Assembly: GCA_049964715.1 (NCBI GenBank)
Contig: JBMFXB010000002.1
Location: 12,386 to 76,385 of the forward strand
Direction of reading: 5' to 3'
Source of the DNA: Candidatus Dormibacteria bacterium
GTDB taxonomy: Bacteria > Chloroflexota > Dormibacteria > Aeolococcales > Aeolococcaceae
Length of the DNA: 64,000 bases
This document shows positions 59,649 to 64,000 of the stretch, piece after piece; within the stretch, counting starts at the first letter, position 1; every line of letters begins with the position of its first letter. Below the pieces are notes generated by a model, which saw only the letters and a list, made by a program, of their open reading frames with translations, had not been told where the DNA came from and ran no database searches. Both the position numbers and the translations under genes were made by a program.

Positions 59649-60968
59649 CTACCGTATAAAACCTTGATAATCACGCATTTGTAACTGTGCTTCAATCTGA
59701 CGCATTGTGTCAAGGGCAACCCATACCACAATAAGGATTGACGTTCCACCCAGGTACAGGGAAGTTGTTGAGACTCCCGTCATGAGACTCGTGAGAAGGG
59801 GAAGAACAACAGTTATTGAAGCCAAGAACAGCCCCCCTACGAACACAACACGATTCCGTACCTGTGCAAGGTACCGCGAGGTAGGTGGTCCTGGCCGAAT
59901 TCCCGGAACATACATGGCGCTTCTCTTGAGCTGATCCGACATATCGTCCGCATTGAAGATGACAGTTGCAGCATAGAAATACGTGAATGCAATGACAAGA
60001 ACAAAGTAAAAGACGTTATAGATAACCTGGGTCACAATCGGACCACCATTCGGGCTCCAGTTGGCTACAAACCATTTCCCAACCCCACCAATCCAGCCTG
60101 GCGCATTCTGAATAAAGGATCCAAGTGTTGCTGGGAAAAGCATGAATGACACTGCAAAGATAATGGGGATTACTCCACCTGCAGTGACTGGGATGGGAAG
60201 ATTCGTCCGGTTCGCTCGCTGTGCTGTACCGGAGCGTGGATTCGTCACACGCGTCATTGACTGTACAGGAATGCGACGCTGGCCCTGCTGCATGAGAATA
60301 CTCAATGAAATGACAACGAGTGCAATGACACCCATGCCAAATATCTGGATGATATGTCCTCCACCAAGTGAGCCGTAACTTGTAACTGCGAACGGAACAC
60401 GGCTGACAATACCTGCGAAGATGATAAGCGAGATTCCCTGCCCAATACCGTATTCAGTAATGAGCTCTCCCAGCCACATCGTGATGAGTGTTCCTGCAAG
60501 GAGGATAAGCATGATTGTCAGGATTGTCGTTGCAGGGGTTGTCGAAGACAGTACTTGACTGTTCTCGAACAGAACAATGACACCATAGGACTGCAGGAGG
60601 GACAGCGGTACTGTGAGCCACCTTGCATATCGATTGATCTTGCGGGCTCCCTGCTCACCTTCCAGTGCAAGTTCGCGAAGTCGCGGGATCGATTGCTGCA
60701 TGAGCTGAAGCATGATCGTCGCGTTGATGTATGGGTTCAGTCCAAGCGACACAATTGAGAATTGACTGAGTCCACCCCCACTGAAGATGTTCAAGAGCCC
60801 TAGAAAGGTATTCCCTGAAAAGAGTGACTGCAAGGCAGTAGGATTTGCTCCCGGGATTGTGATGGCCGCGAGAGCTCGAAATGCAAGAAGCATTCCCACC
60901 ATGAACAGTAGTTTCTTCCGGAGCTCAGGAAGTGCGAACGCACGCTTGAGCGCCTCGAGCATGCTCAC
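59649..60968 (-). CDS. secY: Protein translocase subunit SecY
   Basis: 439 aa, 10-TM protein in the canonical position between rplO and adk. Confidence 0.9.
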   Translation of the reverse strand: MSMLEALKRAFALPELRKKLLFMVGMLLAFRALAAITIPGANPTALQSLFSGNTFLGLLNIFSGGGLSQFSIVSLGLNPYINATIMLQLMQQSIPRLRELALEGEQGARKINRYARWLTVPLSLLQSYGVIVLFENSQVLSSTTPATTILTIMLILLAGTLITMWLGELITEYGIGQGISLIIFAGIVSRVPFAVTSYGSLGGGHIIQIFGMGVIALVVISLSILMQQGQRRIPVQSMTRVTNPRSGTAQRANRTNLPIPVTAGGVIPIIFAVSFMLFPATLGSFIQNAPGWIGGVGKWFVANWSPNGGPIVTQVIYNVFYFVLVIAFTYFYAATVIFNADDMSDQLKRSAMYVPGIRPGPPTSRYLAQVRNRVVFVGGLFLASITVVLPLLTSLMTGVSTTSLYLGGTSILIVVWVALDTMRQIEAQLQMRDYQGFIR

Positions 60969-61453
60969 TCAGCAGTCTCCACTCCTTCGGATTCGCTGCT
61001 TCCAGGAAGTGGAAGGATGTCAACTGAGCCACCAAGCTCCTCAATCTGTTTTCGGGCAGCTCCAGTTACATATGTCGCCTTGACATCAAGCTTCACTCGA
61101 AGGACACCAGCTCCCAGGATACGGAGTGGCCATTCAGGATGCTTGATGATACCTGCTTCAGCGAGTGCAAGACTGTCAACAGTTGTACCTGCATCGAACC
61201 GGTTTAGCTTGGATACATTCACAATTTCAAACCTGGTTCGCCAGTGATTGACAAAACCACGCCGTTTCGGAAGTCGCTGCGTAAGTGGCATCTGACCACC
61301 CTCGAAGCCAATTGGCAAAGAGACACTTGTACGTGCAAACTGTCCCTTTTGGCCACGTCCTGCAGTCTTTCCCTGTCCAGCTGAAATACCACGGCCAACC
61401 CGCTTTCGCTTCTTCGTGCTCCCCGGAACGGGATGCAGTTCATGCACGTTCAT
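60965..61453 (-). CDS. rplO: 50S ribosomal protein L15
   Basis: KKRKRVGRGISAGQGKTAGRGQKGQ. Start trimmed to MNVHELHP; the ORF extends to 61594 over rpmD. Confidence 0.85.
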   Translation of the reverse strand: MNVHELHPVPGSTKKRKRVGRGISAGQGKTAGRGQKGQFARTSVSLPIGFEGGQMPLTQRLPKRRGFVNHWRTRFEIVNVSKLNRFDAGTTVDSLALAEAGIIKHPEWPLRILGAGVLRVKLDVKATYVTGAARKQIEELGGSVDILPLPGSSESEGVETAE

Positions 61454-61487
61454 GAGATCTTCCTGCCTTTCCTGTAGTTCTGTTAAG

Positions 61488-61697
61488 TTACTTTCGTGCG
61501 CCAGTTGGTGCATCAGCAGGTACACCATCGACAGACACAAGATGGCGTACTTTGTCGACCATGCCACGCACAGCCGGCGAGTCATCATGTTCAACTGTGT
61601 GATGAAGCTTCTTCAGTCCGAGGGCTGCAATCGTTGCCTTCTGGTCAGAAGGATAACCAATTGCGCTTTTTCGGTAGGTAACATGTATTGTTGCCAT
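61488..61697 (-). CDS. rpmD: 50S ribosomal protein L30
   Basis: MATIHVTYRKSAIGYPSDQKATIAALGLKKLHHTV. Confidence 0.85.
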   Translation of the reverse strand: MATIHVTYRKSAIGYPSDQKATIAALGLKKLHHTVEHDDSPAVRGMVDKVRHLVSVDGVPADAPTGARK

Positions 61698-61706
61698 CAT
61701 TTCCCC

Positions 61707-62270
61707 CTACGCGTGATGCTCCTCTACCTTGCCCTGAAGTCGTGCAGCAAGCTTTGGTCCTGCAATCCGTTCTGGAGTCTTCCCGCGTGCAGCTGCAACC
61801 CGATGAATTGTACGGAGCTCAGAAAGTGCCTTTACTGTTGCATGCGCAACATTGATCTGATTGCTGCTTCCCAGTGATTTTGTGAGAATGTCATGCACAC
61901 CAGCTGCCTCAACGACAGCACGCACGGCACCACCGCTGATAACGCCAGTACCTGGTGCTGCTGGCTTGAGCATGACTTGAGCTGCTCCGAATTTCGAGAT
62001 GATCTCATGTGGAATGGTACGTCCCATGAGCGGAACGGTCACAAGCGATTTTTTCGCACGCTCAATTCCCTTGCGAATAGCATCAGGTGTCTCACCTGCA
62101 CGCCCAACACCGACACCGACATGACCATTGCGGTCACCGACAACGACAAGTGCACGGAAAGAGAATCGACGACCGCCTTTGACGACCTTCGCAACCCTGC
62201 TCAGTGAGACTATTCGTTCATCCCATTCGACAACAGGTGTTTCCACTGTCATCTCTGTTGCTTCTGCCAT
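61707..62270 (-). CDS. rpsE: 30S ribosomal protein S5
   Basis: [22 protein letters not shown] and the downstream S5 C-terminal domain. Confidence 0.95.
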   Translation of the reverse strand: MAEATEMTVETPVVEWDERIVSLSRVAKVVKGGRRFSFRALVVVGDRNGHVGVGVGRAGETPDAIRKGIERAKKSLVTVPLMGRTIPHEIISKFGAAQVMLKPAAPGTGVISGGAVRAVVEAAGVHDILTKSLGSSNQINVAHATVKALSELRTIHRVAAARGKTPERIAGPKLAARLQGKVEEHHA

Positions 62271-62273
62271 GAC

Positions 62274-62654
62274 TTAGAACTCCAGTCCCGCTGCCCTGGC
62301 AGCGTCAGCTAATGCCTGAATGTATCCGTGATATCGGTATCCCCCGCGGTCAAAGACGACAGCTGTGATCCCTTCCTTCTTCGCCCGCTCTGCTATAAGC
62401 TTCCCGATCTCAGCAGCAATATCCATGTTCCTTACTGTACTACCTGGTGATTCCTTGGAACGGAATGAAGGTTCATACGTTGAAGCTGCTGCAATGGTAT
62501 GGCCCCGTTCATCATCAATGACCTGAACTGCAATATGGCGAAGGCTGCGGTAGATACTCAGGCGTGGACGCTCAGCAGTTCCAAATACTGCCCTGCGGAT
62601 GCGGTAGTGCCGACGCTGACGAGCAGCGGAGCGCGTACTCAGACGTACTCTCAT
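62274..62654 (-). CDS. rplR: 50S ribosomal protein L18
   Basis: [18 protein letters not shown]...[29 protein letters not shown]. Confidence 0.95.
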   Translation of the reverse strand: MRVRLSTRSAARQRRHYRIRRAVFGTAERPRLSIYRSLRHIAVQVIDDERGHTIAAASTYEPSFRSKESPGSTVRNMDIAAEIGKLIAERAKKEGITAVVFDRGGYRYHGYIQALADAARAAGLEF

Positions 62655-62657
62655 TCC

Positions 62658-63209
62658 TTACTTCCCTTTCCCTGCTTTTCCAGACTTTCCAGCCTTGCGC
62701 CGGATCTTCTCCCCAACATACATCACACCCTTTCCCTTGTACGGTTCTGGCTTTCGAAATGCCCTGAGCCGAGCTGCAACAAGTCCTACAACTTCTTTGT
62801 CTGGACCTGTCACAACAATTCGTGTTGCAGATGGAGTTGCAAGTGTGATGTGCTCTGGCGGAGTGTATCGAATTGGATGCGAATAGCCAAGCGTGAGAAC
62901 CAGATCTCTTCCAGCCATGGTTGCACGATATCCAACACCGACCAGGTCGAGTTCCTTCGTAAACCCGGCATTGACACCTGTCACCATGTTTGCAATGAGA
63001 GTTCTCGTGAGACCATGAAGTGAACGCGATTCATGAGAATCGTCAATTCGCTTCACTGTGACTGTTCCACCATCAACTTCGACAATGACACGGTCTGTCA
63101 GCTCACGGCGGAGCGTGCCCTTACTCCCAGTGACGACGACTTCACGTCCGTCCCTTGTCGCCTGGACACCCTCAGGAAGCAGGATCGGCTGCTTGCCAAT
63201 GCGTGACAT
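62658..63209 (-). CDS. rplF: 50S ribosomal protein L6
   Basis: MSRIGKQPILLPEGVQATRDGREVVVTGSKGTL. Confidence 0.95.
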   Translation of the reverse strand: MSRIGKQPILLPEGVQATRDGREVVVTGSKGTLRRELTDRVIVEVDGGTVTVKRIDDSHESRSLHGLTRTLIANMVTGVNAGFTKELDLVGVGYRATMAGRDLVLTLGYSHPIRYTPPEHITLATPSATRIVVTGPDKEVVGLVAARLRAFRKPEPYKGKGVMYVGEKIRRKAGKSGKAGKGK

Positions 63210-63221
63210 TATTCAGTCCCC

Positions 63222-63620
63222 CTACCACACGTAAGCGACGACTTCGCCGCCAATGCCTAGATGATGTGCCTCGCGCCCAGTCATGATGCCACGAGATGTT
63301 GAGATGATCGCCACACCGAGTCCGTTGAGCACACGGGGGATCTCCTGCTTTCCTGCATACACACGACGTCCTGGTGAACTCACACGCTTAAGGCCATTGA
63401 GAGCCTTGCCTTGACGACGTGATGGTGGCTTCAAGGTCACGACAATGGATTTTGCCGGAACTTCGCCTGTCACTTCAAATGAATCAATGAACCCCTCTTC
63501 AACGAGGACTTTCACGATGTGCTCCTTCATACCGGAGTGTGGAACAGCAACAGTTGCATGATGTGCAAGAGCACCGTTCCGGATACGAGTCAAAAGATCT
63601 GCAATAGGATCACTTACCAT
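63222..63620 (-). CDS. rpsH: 30S ribosomal protein S8
   Basis: MVSDPIADLLTRIRNGALAHHATVAVPHSGMKEHIVKVL. Confidence 0.95.
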   Translation of the reverse strand: MVSDPIADLLTRIRNGALAHHATVAVPHSGMKEHIVKVLVEEGFIDSFEVTGEVPAKSIVVTLKPPSRRQGKALNGLKRVSSPGRRVYAGKQEIPRVLNGLGVAIISTSRGIMTGREAHHLGIGGEVVAYVW

Positions 63621-63626
63621 TAGTTG

Positions 63627-63812
63627 TCACCATGAACTCTTACGGACGCCAGGGATCTGCCCACGTCCTGCCAATTCCCGAAAACAAATACGACACATAC
63701 CAAATTTCCGCATGTATCCACGCGGACGTCCGCACAACGCGCACCGGTGATAGTCCTGCGTTGAGAACCGTGCCGGACGGAGTGCCTTTGCGATAAGTGA
63801 CTTTTTTGCCAT
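63627..63812 (-). CDS. rpsZ: 30S ribosomal protein S14, zinc-binding type Z (61 aa)
   Basis: C-x2-C-x12-C-x2-C ([20 protein letters not shown]). Short Z-type length. Confidence 0.9.
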   Translation of the reverse strand: MAKKSLIAKALRPARFSTQDYHRCALCGRPRGYMRKFGMCRICFRELAGRGQIPGVRKSSW

Positions 63813-63834
63813 GTGTCCTTCTTCCTACTCTGTT

Positions 63835-64000
63835 CTACTGTGTCTGGTGACTGCTTTCGCGGAATGGCATGCCAAGCTGTTTCAGCAGCATCCTTCCCTC
63901 ATGATCATTCGAGGCAGTTGTGACCATGCACACCTCTAGTCCTCGTAGTTTATCAGTTTTCTCATAGTCGACTTCCGGGAAGATAATCTGCTCCTTGAGA
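63835..64000 (-). CDS. rplE: 50S ribosomal protein L5, C-terminal fragment (gene continues beyond window end)
   Basis: Reverse-strand translation ends ...[40 protein letters not shown], matching the L5 C-terminus. Stop at 63835-63837. Confidence 0.8.
   Translation of the reverse strand, partial: LKEQIIFPEVDYEKTDKLRGLEVCMVTTASNDHEGRMLLKQLGMPFRESSHQTQ

Noticed and set aside
1-64000. CRISPR arrays, IS elements, integrases or phage genes.
   Set aside because: No direct-repeat/spacer periodicity and no transposase or integrase-like ORFs in the track. Boundaries of the accessory inserts show no obvious terminal inverted repeats that I could verify by eye.

Overview
This 64 kb window reads as a bacterial chromosome segment of about 50% GC, most likely from a monoderm organism. 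Lipobox lipoproteins are abundant and there is one LPXTG-like sorting signal. The ribosomal genes resemble Chloroflexota/Actinobacteria (guess, low confidence).

The - strand carries two housekeeping blocks. The first is a complete 14-gene NADH:quinone oxidoreductase operon, nuoA through nuoN (22673-36904), followed by a ResB-like cytochrome c biogenesis gene. The second is a ribosomal protein block: rplE', rpsZ, rpsH, rplF, rplR, rpsE, rpmD, rplO, secY, adk, map, then rpmJ, rpsM, rpsK, rpsD, rpoA, rplQ, truA, rplM, rpsI. tsf', rpsB and topA sit at the 5' end of the window.

The accessory content is a fragmented Tad/Flp pilus system:
- a core of the Flp pilin, tadC, tadB and a cpaB paralogue at 17242-20297;
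- a second part at 9441-14152 (+4.6-9.3 kb accessory genes) with three TadE-like pseudopilins, two lipoproteins and cpaB, followed by an extremely Tyr/Trp-rich secreted protein and a WNG-repeat surface protein;
- a third pseudopilin cluster (TadG-like plus two TadE-like, 55881-58203) with an LPXTG-like threonine/proline-rich surface protein, inserted into the ribosomal block between map and rpmJ.

No Tad ATPase (tadA/cpaF), tadZ or prepilin peptidase lies in the window, and the two - strand Tad parts are split by a + strand cassette encoding a MutY/Nth-like glycosylase and an Fmt-like formyltransferase.

Other items are an orphan WXG100 gene, a PIN/antitoxin pair, an ECF sigma/anti-sigma pair, pepN, ferredoxin-NADP reductase, an aquaporin, two glycosyltransferases cotranscribed with rpsI, and several intrinsic-terminator hairpins. 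No rRNA, tRNA or CRISPR was recognised.
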